64,000 nucleotides of DNA from Patescibacteria group bacterium (GTDB lineage Bacteria; Patescibacteriota; Patescibacteriia; SBBC01; CAIJZX01): positions 26,466 to 90,465 of the forward strand of contig JBBTRH010000005.1 of NCBI GenBank assembly GCA_038065275.1. Reading direction: 5' to 3'. Position numbers and translations under genes: made by a program. Under the pieces are notes generated by a model. It did not search any database and was not told where the DNA came from. It saw only the letters and a program-made list of their open reading frames with translations. Positions 1 through 10,240 of the stretch are shown here, piece after piece. How positions within the stretch are numbered: the first letter of the stretch is position 1; each line of letters opens with the position of its first letter.

Positions 1-97
1 CAACGGCAAATTTTTTCTGATCAACGCCATTAATATACCTTTCGATTTTGGCAATCGCATCCAGAATGTGGCGTTTATAAATATCGTCTTTGTCCAT
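1..97 (-). CDS. HepT/DUF86-like HEPN toxin, N-terminus only (runs off the window)
   Basis: Manual translation MDKDDIYKRHILDAIAKIERYINGVD resembles DUF86 N-termini; overlaps the end of the MNT gene. Confidence 0.75.
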   Translation of the reverse strand, partial: MDKDDIYKRHILDAIAKIERYINGVDQKKFAV

Positions 98-383
98 AGA
101 TAATTTGAACATCTTTGGCGATATTCGTTTTTAAATAGGGATGAACGGCTTTTTCCGTCACCACATCCACTCGGCGGCCGAGGGTGGCGGACAAGGCTTG
201 CGACAAACCAACCAGATCAAAAAGGCTTTTTGGCCGCGCGTAGCGGATCATGATATCAATGTCGCTCGTGTCTTGTTCTTGACCGCGGGCGAACGACCCG
301 AAAATACCGGCAAATTCAACATCATGAACTCTTAAAATGGGTCCCGCTTTCTTTTGAATTTCTTTCAATCTGGCTTTGGTCAT
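75..383 (-). CDS. Minimal nucleotidyltransferase (MNT) antitoxin
   Basis: FGSFARG..SDIDI motif; about 100 aa from ATG at 383. Confidence 0.9.
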   Translation of the reverse strand: MTKARLKEIQKKAGPILRVHDVEFAGIFGSFARGQEQDTSDIDIMIRYARPKSLFDLVGLSQALSATLGRRVDVVTEKAVHPYLKTNIAKDVQIIYGQRRYL

Positions 384-448
384 GCGCCAAGCATAGCAGA
401 AATATACATTTTGTCCAGGCATTTTCGTAGAGGTTTTCCCGCTATTCA

Positions 449-1018
449 CTACTGTGCCCGCCGTCGAAACATCCGCATCAACACCAAAACAACCAGCCCG
501 CCAACCAGGTTTTGGAACAAATCATGCGGCGTATCATACGGTCCTTGGACGCGGTGAGTATCGAACCAGAAATCACCGAGCCACTCGCTAATTTCATAGA
601 GCGATCCGACCAGCTGGCCGACCAGCACGCCCATCCAGGCCGCCCAACCCCAACCAGCTTGTAGTTTTCCGGTCGCCCGGTACGACAGAAAGAAGTCGAT
701 GAAGACGGCGCTAAGGGCCATCCCGCCGACGGCGTGCGTCAGGCGATCCCACCACCAGAATCCGGCGTACAGATGCTGAAAGTTGCCCAGCGCGTCAAGC
801 CAGACCGCGCCGGCCGCCAGGACGAAGGTCAGCCGGGCCAGACGGCTGCCCCGGCGGCGGAGCCAACGGTCGAAGAACAGCAGGGTAATCACGGACACCA
901 CGTTCGTCAAGGCTAAGGCGTTCTGCCGTCCAAACGTATCGTAACTAGTAAAGAGTTCGATCACCAACAACGCCGACTGAGCCACCAAAAAAATAATAAT
1001 GGGAAATCGTTCTTTCAT
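449..1018 (-). CDS. Integral membrane protein (DUF2238/VanZ-like)
   Basis: WWDRLTH, YEISEW and DTPHDL motifs with several TM helices; start overlaps the ATPase stop. Confidence 0.65.
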   Translation of the reverse strand: MKERFPIIIFLVAQSALLVIELFTSYDTFGRQNALALTNVVSVITLLFFDRWLRRRGSRLARLTFVLAAGAVWLDALGNFQHLYAGFWWWDRLTHAVGGMALSAVFIDFFLSYRATGKLQAGWGWAAWMGVLVGQLVGSLYEISEWLGDFWFDTHRVQGPYDTPHDLFQNLVGGLVVLVLMRMFRRRAQ

Positions 1019-3738
1019 ACCGGCGTCGTCTTCAGGTACATCGGCCGCTCGGACCGGCGGCGAATCCACCATTTTCTCAGCTCTTCCACGCCAAATACCG
1101 GCGCCGCCGCCAAAATAATAATCAACCAATCACCAATCGTCAGCGGCGCCAGATGGAACACCGCGGCCAATACCGGCAGATAGATAATGGTGGCTTGCAG
1201 AATCAGCACCCCCACGATGGCCCCGGCCATACTCCGCGTCATGGTGGCGTGAATCAAGAGTGACCGGCGGGATGAGCGGGCGGTAATCGCATTGACAAGT
1301 TCGGCCGCCACCACCGACGTCAAGACCAGCGCGTACAGTCGCGGTTCTTCCATTCCGACCTTCAACCCGTACTGAAAAATAATTAAACTGGTCACGCCGA
1401 TGGCCGATCCGGTCAGGAGAATTCGATGCCACATTGAGGCCGGAATAATCTGGGCGCGCGGATCGTGGGGTTGTTCTTGCATCACCGACGGCGCCATCGG
1501 TTCGCGCGCCAAAGCTAAACCGAGGAACGGTCCGGTGATAGCGTTCAGCCAGATGATTTGCGTCGGCAGGAGCGGCAGCGGCAAACCGGCCATCAGGGCG
1601 GTCATGACCAGAATCAATTCGCCGAAGCTGGTGGCCAGCAAATAGTAGATCACTCGCCGAATATTGCGAAAAATACGACGGCCTTCGGCGATGGCCGCCA
1701 CGATGCTTAAAAAGTTGCCGTCAACCAGCAGTACATCCGCCGCTTCTTTGGCGGCCGCGCTTGAACCGCGGCCGACCGCAATACCGACATTAGCTTCAAG
1801 CAGGGCCGGCGCATCGTTGATGCCGTCGCCGGTCATGGCCACAATTTGACCCTCCTGTTTGAGAAGTTTGGCCAGCCGTAATTTATGTTCCGGCGTCAGG
1901 CGGGTGGCGACCGTGGTCAAAACCAATCGCCGGCGCAACGTCCGGTCGTCAAGCGCGTCGATGTCGCTCCCGTCAAGTAATCGGTCGGCCCGCTGATCCG
2001 GCAGTAGCCCCAACCGGGCGGCGACCGCTCGACCGGTATGACGATAATCGCCGGTCACCATAATCGTTTTAATCCCGGCTTGGTGCATCTCCTGAATGGC
2101 TTCCGCCGCTTCCGGACGAAGCGCGTCTTCCAATCCGAACAAGCCGACAAACGTGAACTGTCCGCCCAGCCGCTCGGCGGTCAATTCTTCAACTCGGTTC
2201 GGCCGATGGGTATACGCCACCGCCAATCCCCGGAGCGCTTGTCCGGCCCACCTTTCATAGACGGCCGTTACTTGACGCCGATCGTCGTCCGTCAGCGGGC
2301 TGGGTCCGGAGGCGGTCCAACGCTGACGACACAGTGACAGCACTTCTTGCGGCGCGCCCTTGATGACCACCAGCAATCCGGCGCCGTCGTGATGCCAGGT
2401 GATCATGTATTTCTTGTTGTAATCGAAGGGGAACTCGCCGACGCGGGGATGGGCGGCGGCGAGATCGACCCGGCTCCAGCCGATTTTTTCGGCCGCCACC
2501 AAGAGCGCCAGTTCAGTCGGGTCACCGATCGGCGTTCGCTGTCCGGCCACATCGCGGGAGAATCGGCTGTCATTATTCAACGCCCCGAGCCGGAAAGCCA
2601 GGTTGAGACCATCGTCGGCGCGACCGATAATTTTTTGGTCGTCAAGAAAAATGTCTCCCTCCGGCCGATAGCCCTTCCCCGACAGATGATACTCCCGCCC
2701 ATCAACCCAGGCTCGGGCCATCATCATCTCCCCGTAGGTCAACGTGCCGGTCTTGTCGGTCGCCACCACGGTCACCGCTCCGAGCGTTTCCACCGCGGCC
2801 AATTTTCGAACGATCGCCTGACGTTTCGACATCGCCCACATGCCGTAGGCCATGGCCATGGTGATGACTACCGGCAACCCCTCGGGGATAATTGACACGA
2901 TCATGCTGACCGCCAACAGAAACATTTGCTGGCCCGGCAAGTGACGGGCGATACCGAGCAAGAAAATAATCAGGCCGAGAAAAACCGTCACTACCGCCAG
3001 GCGCCGCGAAAAACCCGATATTTTCTTTTGAAACGGCGTCTGTTGATGGTCTATTTTTTGGAGATTCGCGACGATCGAACCGAAGCGGGTGTTGATGCCG
3101 ATCTCCGTGACCAGGAGCTTGCCCCGACCGCCGATCACTAATGTCCCCCGCCAACCCATGTTCCGGCGATCTTGGATAATCGTGCGGATCGGGAGCGGCG
3201 TCGCGATCTTTTCAACCGGCACGGATTCACCGGTCAAGCTGGATTCGTTGACCCGGACGTTGACGACGTCCACCCACCGGCCGTCGGCCGGTAAACCGTC
3301 GCCCGTTTCCACCACCACGATATCCCCGACCACTAAATCGCCGATCACCAATTCCTGTTCTTGGCCCTGGCGGATAACGTGGACGACTGGCGGCGCCAGT
3401 TGCAACAATTTGCTCATGGCCGTATTGGCCTGCACTTCCTGACGATACCCGATCGCCGCATTCAAGAGCACCACCGCGCTAATGACCAGCGCGTCCTGCC
3501 ATTCGCGCAATAGAAGCGAGATGACGCTGGCGATGAGCAAAATGTAAATCAGGGCGCTCTGGAACTGACTGCTGAACACCTGGAATCGCGTTCGTTCCCG
3601 GGGCGGCGGAAGAACATTGCGGCCGAACCGCTGGGCGGATGTCCGAACCTGATCGGGGGCTAATCCTTCCAGACTGCTCCCGGCCGATTGCAGGGCGGAT
3701 TCAACGCTGAGCGCCGACCAGAGAATCTTTTCGTCCAT
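1015..3738 (-). CDS. Cation-transporting P-type ATPase (type II, Ca2+-like)
   Basis: TGES, PEGL, DKTGT and GDGINDAP motifs. Confidence 0.95.
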   Translation of the reverse strand: MDEKILWSALSVESALQSAGSSLEGLAPDQVRTSAQRFGRNVLPPPRERTRFQVFSSQFQSALIYILLIASVISLLLREWQDALVISAVVLLNAAIGYRQEVQANTAMSKLLQLAPPVVHVIRQGQEQELVIGDLVVGDIVVVETGDGLPADGRWVDVVNVRVNESSLTGESVPVEKIATPLPIRTIIQDRRNMGWRGTLVIGGRGKLLVTEIGINTRFGSIVANLQKIDHQQTPFQKKISGFSRRLAVVTVFLGLIIFLLGIARHLPGQQMFLLAVSMIVSIIPEGLPVVITMAMAYGMWAMSKRQAIVRKLAAVETLGAVTVVATDKTGTLTYGEMMMARAWVDGREYHLSGKGYRPEGDIFLDDQKIIGRADDGLNLAFRLGALNNDSRFSRDVAGQRTPIGDPTELALLVAAEKIGWSRVDLAAAHPRVGEFPFDYNKKYMITWHHDGAGLLVVIKGAPQEVLSLCRQRWTASGPSPLTDDDRRQVTAVYERWAGQALRGLAVAYTHRPNRVEELTAERLGGQFTFVGLFGLEDALRPEAAEAIQEMHQAGIKTIMVTGDYRHTGRAVAARLGLLPDQRADRLLDGSDIDALDDRTLRRRLVLTTVATRLTPEHKLRLAKLLKQEGQIVAMTGDGINDAPALLEANVGIAVGRGSSAAAKEAADVLLVDGNFLSIVAAIAEGRRIFRNIRRVIYYLLATSFGELILVMTALMAGLPLPLLPTQIIWLNAITGPFLGLALAREPMAPSVMQEQPHDPRAQIIPASMWHRILLTGSAIGVTSLIIFQYGLKVGMEEPRLYALVLTSVVAAELVNAITARSSRRSLLIHATMTRSMAGAIVGVLILQATIIYLPVLAAVFHLAPLTIGDWLIIILAAAPVFGVEELRKWWIRRRSERPMYLKTTPV

Positions 3739-3740
3739 AA

Positions 3741-4994
3741 TTATCGCCAGATGTTCATGATGGTCATCACGCCGGCGCCAGTCATGACCGCGAAGGTCAG
3801 CCAGCCCAGCCCGCGAACGATCGACGGGTGCCGGTGACCTCCGACCACATCGCGGCGATCAGCCAGGCGCAACATGTAGAACAGAATGACCGGCGCCAGT
3901 AAGCCGTTGAGCACCGCCGCCGCGATCAAAAACTGAATAGCCGCCACGCCGGTCAGGGTCGCTAACGCGCCAATGACGATCGCCGCGCTGATGGTAATGT
4001 AAAACGCTTTTGCTTGCTGAAATTTTTTTCCTAGGCCTTCCGGCCAATTAAACACTTCGGCCAACGCGTACGCCGCCGATCCGGCCAGGACCGGAATGGC
4101 CAGCAGTCCGGTCCCCAGGATCCCCAGCGCGAACAGGAAGAACGTTAGCGACCCGGCGATCGGCCGCAACGCTTCCGCCGCCTGTCGAGCGCTCTCGATG
4201 TTGGTGATCCCGGCCTGATGAAGCGTGCCGGCGGCCACGATGATAATGAAGAACATAATCACGTTCGAAAACAGCATGCCGACGACCGTATCCCAGCGCG
4301 CTTTTTTAAGTTGACCGCCAACGTCGGAATTAACCGCGGGCCGTGCCGCCTCCCGTAGTTTCTCCTCTTCCACCTCTTCCGACTCCTGCCAGTAAAATAA
4401 ATACGGCGAAATCGTCGTCCCGAGAATCGCGGTAATGAGCGGCCAAACCGCGGCGCCTTGATTCAGCGTCGGAATAACAGTCGCCCGGAAAATCGTCGCC
4501 CAATCTTGCCGGGTCGCAAACGCCGCGACGACGTAGGCCAACAGGGCCAGCGTCAACCATTTCAAAACATTGACGTACCTAACGTAGGACACGAAAATTT
4601 CCAGCAGGATGATCACCATCGCAAACAACACCAAGTACAGCCAGGCCGGCCCCGGCAACAGCAGTTGCGTGACCGCGCCCATGGCGCTCAAATCGGCGCC
4701 GATGTTGACGACGTTGACGACGAGCAGGCCGAGCGCCAAGACGAAGGCGGCGCGTTTCGAGACGTAGCGCTTGACCAGGCGGTTGAGCCCCTGTTTCGTC
4801 ACGATCCCGAGCCGGGCCGATATTTCCTGCGCCACCATCATCAACGGCGTGGTGAACAGCGACAGCCACAACAAGCCGTACCCGTACCGCGCGCCGGTTT
4901 GCGAGTAGGTCACGATCCCCGACGGGTCGTCGTCGGAGGCGCCGGTAATCACGCCCGGACCGATGTTCTTGATGAGTTTACGGAAGTGGAACAT
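3741..4994 (-). CDS. Nramp-family divalent metal transporter
   Basis: GPG..DDDPSGI and GTTISPY motifs; many TM helices. Confidence 0.9.
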   Translation of the reverse strand: MFHFRKLIKNIGPGVITGASDDDPSGIVTYSQTGARYGYGLLWLSLFTTPLMMVAQEISARLGIVTKQGLNRLVKRYVSKRAAFVLALGLLVVNVVNIGADLSAMGAVTQLLLPGPAWLYLVLFAMVIILLEIFVSYVRYVNVLKWLTLALLAYVVAAFATRQDWATIFRATVIPTLNQGAAVWPLITAILGTTISPYLFYWQESEEVEEEKLREAARPAVNSDVGGQLKKARWDTVVGMLFSNVIMFFIIIVAAGTLHQAGITNIESARQAAEALRPIAGSLTFFLFALGILGTGLLAIPVLAGSAAYALAEVFNWPEGLGKKFQQAKAFYITISAAIVIGALATLTGVAAIQFLIAAAVLNGLLAPVILFYMLRLADRRDVVGGHRHPSIVRGLGWLTFAVMTGAGVMTIMNIWR

Positions 4995-5090
4995 GAGTCA
5001 AGTGAGTGTTTCTTTCGTGATGATTATACCATAAAACGGCCGTTTCCGGCTTTCCCATGTAGTGGACGCCGCGCATGCTACAATACCAGC

Positions 5091-5618
5091 GTGGATCGAG
5101 ACTTCCTTCGCCACCACAAAACCGCCGTTCTCGCCTTCACTATCGGCGTGGTGTTGGCCGTCCTGTACCTGACCCTGCCTGCGCTACACGATTTCTTGTC
5201 CCAAGTCAACCAGTTAGGCTATCCGGGCATGCTCCTGGCCGGCGTCATGTATGGCAGTGCGTTGACGTCATCCCTGGCCACCATTCTCTTCGTCGATACG
5301 CCGCCGCACCTCAATCCCATCATGATCGGACTGATCGGCGGTTTCGGAGCCGCGCTGTATGACCTCTCCGTATTCCTGCTTACCCGCCGCGAAGCCGAAC
5401 ACGGGTGGCTGGCCCGGGTCATCGCCCGTCTCCGCGAGCGGCGCCATGTCCCCAATTGGCTCACGGCTTTGATGGGCGTCGTCATTCTCGCCTCGCCGCT
5501 CCCCGACGAGCTGGCGGCCGGCTTGTTCGGCATCAATCGGAGCCGGAGCTTGCCGTTTTTCTTGCTCTCGTTTGCAAGCAACACGCTCGGTATCGTCCTG
5601 CTGAGCGTAGTGGTTTAA
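5091..5618 (+). CDS. Small membrane protein (VTT/DedA-like)
   Basis: Hydrophobic ORF from GTG at 5091 with SPLPDE motif; upstream part of the listed ORF is a shadow of Nramp. Confidence 0.65.
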   Translation: MDRDFLRHHKTAVLAFTIGVVLAVLYLTLPALHDFLSQVNQLGYPGMLLAGVMYGSALTSSLATILFVDTPPHLNPIMIGLIGGFGAALYDLSVFLLTRREAEHGWLARVIARLRERRHVPNWLTALMGVVILASPLPDELAAGLFGINRSRSLPFFLLSFASNTLGIVLLSVVV

Positions 5619-5831
5619 CGTAAACAATCCGAAATTTGAAGTCGGGGGGGTTTCCTCCACTTCTATACGTTTCAGTTTTTCTGCCATATTCCAGTAAAAG
5701 TGAAATGACTAGTAATGTCAGATTAACATAACGTAAAAGCCCTTCGCTTCCACCTACGCTAAAGCTTCGGTGGACGAGAAAGTCACCGACGCGCTATAGC
5801 GCTTTGGCGACGGCGCGTTACGGCTGGTCAA

Positions 5832-5899
5832 GCCCGAGGGGTTCGCCTGCCCCGGGCTTGTCCCGAGCTTGTCGAGGGGCTGCGGGGCGCGCCGCCTGT
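5832..5899 (+). repeat. Island motif GCCCGAGGGGTTCG-[hairpin]-GCGCCGCCTGT, copy 1
   Basis: Matches copies at 7931-7994 (+) and 11324-11392 (-). Confidence 0.75.
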
Positions 5900-5952
5900 T
5901 GATGTTCTAACTAAGAGGGCCGGAGTAACGAACGCTACAAACTAAGGATTTT

Positions 5953-7221
5953 TTATTTCAATAAATCATTAAGCTCACAAGAAAGCAGTGCTGATTTATT
6001 GAGCACGATCTCCTCTTTCTGATTTAGATTATCCGCCGTTATTCTAATAACTTTGGTGACCATACTGTCGCCGAGCATAACTTTATTTGTTTTTTTAAAA
6101 TAGTTTTCCGTTTTATTGTAAAACAAGGTGATATACTGTTTGACCTTATTACTAAGCTGGTCTTTCGGGCTAGTGGCCACTAAGGGAATTATTTTCTCAT
6201 TAATTTTTGTCGGTAAATCACCATCTTTAAAAATTATCCAGTATTCGCTTAGTGCAAAACGGACTACCGCGCTATTTTGATCTTCAGTGTCATAGAAAAA
6301 ACCAAAATAGTATATACCACTAAGAATGTCTTTTTGAACAATAATTTCGCGTAATGTCGTTACCACATGTATTTCGTACTTATCAACCAGTTTGAAATAA
6401 CTTTCTCGCCAGTTCGCTAGCCAATTTTCAATATAGATCCGATCTACAAATAACGGGAGGAGGTCTTGTTTTAAATTTTCATCGTTTACTTCATTCATCT
6501 GGAATGTGAGTTTGTCAAAAAGCGCACGGGGATTTTTTACGTCAATGCCCTTGGCGACTAGATAATCAAAATCGGGCACAATCTTTTTGTTCATGTACCA
6601 TAAAAGATCGTAGATATCTCGCCCCTTCTCCTCATATACAGCCTTCCCCACTCCACGAGTCCCACGCAGAAAAATCGCCGCAATCTTGCTGGCCATCAGC
6701 GCCCCCATATTGTAGGTCACAATCACAAATGAAAGCTGGTCTCGGTTTATCGGTATACGTTCAGTCACCGTCTTAGAAGGCGCAAAGTGATTGAGGTCAA
6801 GTTTCACATGCACCTGTTTCGAAGGATGCCCCAGGCTTAATACTTCACCGACATTGAATTTAAGCAACAGTCCTCTCCCGGTAACAGTTTTTATGGTGAG
6901 AAAATTAGTATCAGCAGCGTAGGTGTTGGAAAAGTGCTCGGCCATATCATTCACTAATTCATCCAAATACTTCTCCGTTATCGCGTGCGCGACTTCAAAA
7001 TCCAAGTCAACTGACATACGGTTAAGATCGTGGCAGATGCGCAACGCCGAACCGCCGTACATAATCCACTTGCTGTATTCAGGATGGCGGTAAATATAAT
7101 TGAGCACGTAAAACTGTAACTCTTCTTTGAGCGCGTTGCGACGTGTCTCTACATCAATCCCACCATAAGCTATAATGTCATCGAGTTTCCTTTGTAATAT
7201 CGTTAGTATCTGTTCACTCAT
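5953..7221 (-). CDS. AbiEii-type nucleotidyltransferase toxin with C-terminal extension
   Basis: GGSALRICHDLNRMSVDLDF, KIAA and RDIYDL motifs. Confidence 0.9.
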   Translation of the reverse strand: MSEQILTILQRKLDDIIAYGGIDVETRRNALKEELQFYVLNYIYRHPEYSKWIMYGGSALRICHDLNRMSVDLDFEVAHAITEKYLDELVNDMAEHFSNTYAADTNFLTIKTVTGRGLLLKFNVGEVLSLGHPSKQVHVKLDLNHFAPSKTVTERIPINRDQLSFVIVTYNMGALMASKIAAIFLRGTRGVGKAVYEEKGRDIYDLLWYMNKKIVPDFDYLVAKGIDVKNPRALFDKLTFQMNEVNDENLKQDLLPLFVDRIYIENWLANWRESYFKLVDKYEIHVVTTLREIIVQKDILSGIYYFGFFYDTEDQNSAVVRFALSEYWIIFKDGDLPTKINEKIIPLVATSPKDQLSNKVKQYITLFYNKTENYFKKTNKVMLGDSMVTKVIRITADNLNQKEEIVLNKSALLSCELNDLLK

Positions 7222-7831
7222 GTAAGTATTTCTTAATCATTGCATGAAACTTTTCCTGCTCGGACTTATCCATCTGATCAAAGTCAATTCGCAGGTTTTC
7301 AATCAGTGTCTCAATTTTTCCTAATGCGGGTCTGCGAAACTGGTTCGTTCTGAAATAGAGTAAGTCGAACAGTGCTTTTGATGGAGAAGCGACGAAACAA
7401 TCAAACTTCGCTTTCGCTAAAGAGAAATCTGTAAATAGTGATTTCTGGATGGACTGGTAGGCAAAATTTCCAACTCTTGTCTTATACTCCCTTGTAACTT
7501 TAGGCGTAACCGAGGTAACGGAGTGTATCGTCTCTGTGGTGAGATCATAATACTGAAGCGCCGCCCACGAGCTAACGTACGACGGCGTACGAATGACGTT
7601 TGCGAGATAGAATGAGTATGAAATGTCATTTTTGTTCTTGTCGTAAAAATCCGCAGCAACATACAGTCCATTCCTAAGCTGGACAATTTCATTGTGCTTC
7701 AAGCCGCGGCTGATGTAGGTGTTTATTGTCGCGTCGGTAAGCCCAAGCTGTTTACCAAGCTGATAAACGGTATTTTTGCCAAAATGGGGCAAGGGTTTTA
7801 GCTGTTCTATGAGGTTTTTTCGGCTTTTCAT
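7214..7831 (-). CDS. AbiEi-type antitoxin / transcriptional regulator
   Basis: LRNGLY, SYVSSWAALQYY and ASPSKALFDLLY motifs; overlaps AbiEii. Confidence 0.88.
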   Translation of the reverse strand: MKSRKNLIEQLKPLPHFGKNTVYQLGKQLGLTDATINTYISRGLKHNEIVQLRNGLYVAADFYDKNKNDISYSFYLANVIRTPSYVSSWAALQYYDLTTETIHSVTSVTPKVTREYKTRVGNFAYQSIQKSLFTDFSLAKAKFDCFVASPSKALFDLLYFRTNQFRRPALGKIETLIENLRIDFDQMDKSEQEKFHAMIKKYLHE

Positions 7832-7834
7832 AAG

Positions 7835-7872
7835 TATGACAGTAGTGTATCATATATGAAAAGTGGTGTCAA
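7835..7872 (-). promoter_or_regulatory. sigma70-like promoter of abiE with imperfect palindromes
   Basis: TTGACA(7872-7867)-17 bp-TACACT(7849-7844); TATGA..TCATA palindrome overlaps the -10. Confidence 0.6.
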
Positions 7873-7930
7873 ATGGTACTTATTCAATGACCAAAAGCGG
7901 CCTCCATTCCCGCACGCCCTCTCCTTCCGG

Positions 7931-7994
7931 CGCCCCGCCGCCGCATTTTCCCGCCGCCCGAGGGGTTCGTGCCCCGCTTTGCGGGGCGCGCCGC
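7931..7994 (+). repeat. Island motif, copy 2
   Basis: 40 bp identical to the reverse complement of 11353-11392, then a different hairpin and GCGCCGC. Confidence 0.85.
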
Positions 7995-7998
7995 TAAA

Positions 7999-8277
7999 TT
8001 ATGGTAATAAATTACGCCTCATCCAGTCAGTCACATCTTTTGAAATATTAAAAGTCGCCCAATTACTATTTGGAACTTCGATAACCATTACTTTGTCAAC
8101 CGATTTAATTCTATCCCTAATGCCATCCCGAATTTGTGCAATATCTATAGGAGTTTTGATTATCCAAGTATTGGCACACGGTCTTGCCCATTGTGAGGCG
8201 GTTTTAAGGTACGCTATCAAATTCGGATAACTATTTTCCGTATAACTTAGCTGATAAGATATTAAGAATGATTTCAT
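7999..8277 (-). CDS. Small Cas2/VapD-like ferredoxin-fold protein
   Basis: 92 aa; FLISYQL...Y..L...LK....W.....TWII pattern. Confidence 0.55.
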   Translation of the reverse strand: MKSFLISYQLSYTENSYPNLIAYLKTASQWARPCANTWIIKTPIDIAQIRDGIRDRIKSVDKVMVIEVPNSNWATFNISKDVTDWMRRNLLP

Positions 8278-8280
8278 ATC

Positions 8281-9339
8281 CTATGTCACATTATTACCTA
8301 GTCCGCCGTCTTCTTTAGGTTCTGTACTCGATACGCTTCCAGAGCTTAAATCACCTTGATCTTGAATATCAGAAACAGTAATTGGGCTGTTGTTAGATCC
8401 AATCGAATCAGTGGAAGAGGCAACTAATCCCTCCTCAGATTTTGCCAATTCTTGGTCCGTTTGTGTTGACTCTTTTAGTTTTTTAACTTTTTCAAGTAAA
8501 TCCTTGTTAAATTTCACTTTAAAATGCTGACCAGCATACTTCATAAATTGATCTGATTGGTACATGTGAAAAGAAACATTGGCGCGCTCCTTTACTTCTT
8601 TTAACAATTCATGTCTTGCGCCAATAATCGTTGCACCATTTAATCCACTAACCTTCCACCACCAATCCTCTTTTTGTTCGTCAGTTACAAAAATAATAGG
8701 GGTTTTTGCTTCTTGTGCCTTATCAAGTATCTGCATCCAAATAATAAGGTCGCCGAATTTACTCGTTCCAGTCTTATCTTCCTTGTCCTTTCTTTTCCTA
8801 TCAGAATAACCTGGCGGTATTTCTTTTTCGTATCTAGCCTCCCCATCTTTATATATTTCATTCAGCCTTTTATTGTCAAATGGCTTTCCGACCCTATTTT
8901 TTAATATTCGATTCAGCTCGATCTCTACTTTATCTTTATTCAAAAAGTCACAATACTTATTTTTTGATAAAACCACTTCTTTTTGAATAGTTTTAAAATT
9001 TAGTGATATTTTTTTTAGAATCAATTTAGAATCAAAAAGTTTATCAATTTCCTGTTCTGTAGTATTTAAAAGGCTAATACTTTCGTGGTGAGCCTTTTCT
9101 TGGGAGTGAATTACATACAGTCTATCTCGATAATATTCCAAAGCCACCTGGTGAGGTATCCAAACCCTCCCTCTTTTTTGTAACTCTTTAAGAATGATTA
9201 TTAGCTTAGCCCTTGCTTGTTGTGGGATGCGATATAGACTTAAAAGTACATTTGTGTCAAAAACAAACGTTGCTTCATCCCAAAGCTTAATAAAACTTCT
9301 CTTTGATGGCTTATTATACTCCGGAAAAAGATCTCTCAT
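8281..9339 (-). CDS. PIN-like domain protein (PIN_8/DUF4935 type)
   Basis: VFDTNVLL, PPGYSD, GDLIIW and VTDEQKEDWW motifs. Confidence 0.88.
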   Translation of the reverse strand: MRDLFPEYNKPSKRSFIKLWDEATFVFDTNVLLSLYRIPQQARAKLIIILKELQKRGRVWIPHQVALEYYRDRLYVIHSQEKAHHESISLLNTTEQEIDKLFDSKLILKKISLNFKTIQKEVVLSKNKYCDFLNKDKVEIELNRILKNRVGKPFDNKRLNEIYKDGEARYEKEIPPGYSDRKRKDKEDKTGTSKFGDLIIWMQILDKAQEAKTPIIFVTDEQKEDWWWKVSGLNGATIIGARHELLKEVKERANVSFHMYQSDQFMKYAGQHFKVKFNKDLLEKVKKLKESTQTDQELAKSEEGLVASSTDSIGSNNSPITVSDIQDQGDLSSGSVSSTEPKEDGGLGNNVT

Positions 9340-9438
9340 GCTTGGACTATTTAACTTCAGATGGGTTATCTCTCATGGGCTTGTTGTGCCAATGTTATTA
9401 CAAATCACAGAATAAACTCACAAAAACATTACATGTGT

Positions 9439-10236
9439 CTAAAAAATAGTAGTGACTTTATTGTACAACATTGACAAACAATCCTGCTTCATACGGAATT
9501 TCGTCCCATGATTGTGTCCGGTGCGAGCATCAAAATCAACGAGTATTTTTCCCTCTTCAAGTGCTTTCAAAAACCCTTCAAAACTGAATTTCTGTAGCAT
9601 CATCACTTTTGTATAATGATAGTATTCTTTCTTTTTATTAACATAAACTTCGGCCTGGACGTAAAAGGTATTTAAAAGCTTTGTACCCGCTTTATGCTCT
9701 AAGTCATCGAATCCCCAGTACGGCTGTGGATTTAATTCGCCAAGCCCAACACGTTTTTTAACCAGTTCAAGCCATCCCTTGTGTCGTGCATCAACTCCAG
9801 ACGCTTTAAATGAAATTAAAATTTTACGCTTATTTCGGTCGATTACGACTTTGAAACCTCGATCACTACGCGATTGTCCATGGATTGTTTGCCTAAAACT
9901 CATTTCTCCTGCTGGATACTTTTTTCCGTCCTCTTGGTGAGCCCATCCATATTGTGGTAATAAAACCTGTGGGACAAAGCGAATCGCTCGTGGTGACGGT
10001 TCAATATGAAAAAGTGTCGTGAGTGAAGTAGAGTTAAGTCTTTGAGTTTTTAACTCCCACTCAGCGGCATTAGGGATTGGTAGGTTATTTTCCTTAATGC
10101 CCAGTAAATCTTCAAGTGTATTCCCAATGCCACCGGCGTTTCCTCGACGTGCATTTGGGACCCACCCCAATTCTGAAATCTCTTTTAGCCGCTCAACTAG
10201 TGCTTCTTTAGTATAAATGACTGGTTTCTTTGCCAT
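9439..10236 (-). CDS. MvaI/BcnI-family restriction endonuclease
   Basis: GGIGNTLEDLLGI.ENN, ELKT, TTLFHIEP and NHGTKFR motifs. Confidence 0.9.
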   Translation of the reverse strand: MAKKPVIYTKEALVERLKEISELGWVPNARRGNAGGIGNTLEDLLGIKENNLPIPNAAEWELKTQRLNSTSLTTLFHIEPSPRAIRFVPQVLLPQYGWAHQEDGKKYPAGEMSFRQTIHGQSRSDRGFKVVIDRNKRKILISFKASGVDARHKGWLELVKKRVGLGELNPQPYWGFDDLEHKAGTKLLNTFYVQAEVYVNKKKEYYHYTKVMMLQKFSFEGFLKALEEGKILVDFDARTGHNHGTKFRMKQDCLSMLYNKVTTIF

Positions 10237-10240
10237 ACAG

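Noticed and set aside
7999-8277. True CRISPR cas2
   Set aside because: No cas1 or array nearby; the resemblance is at fold level only.
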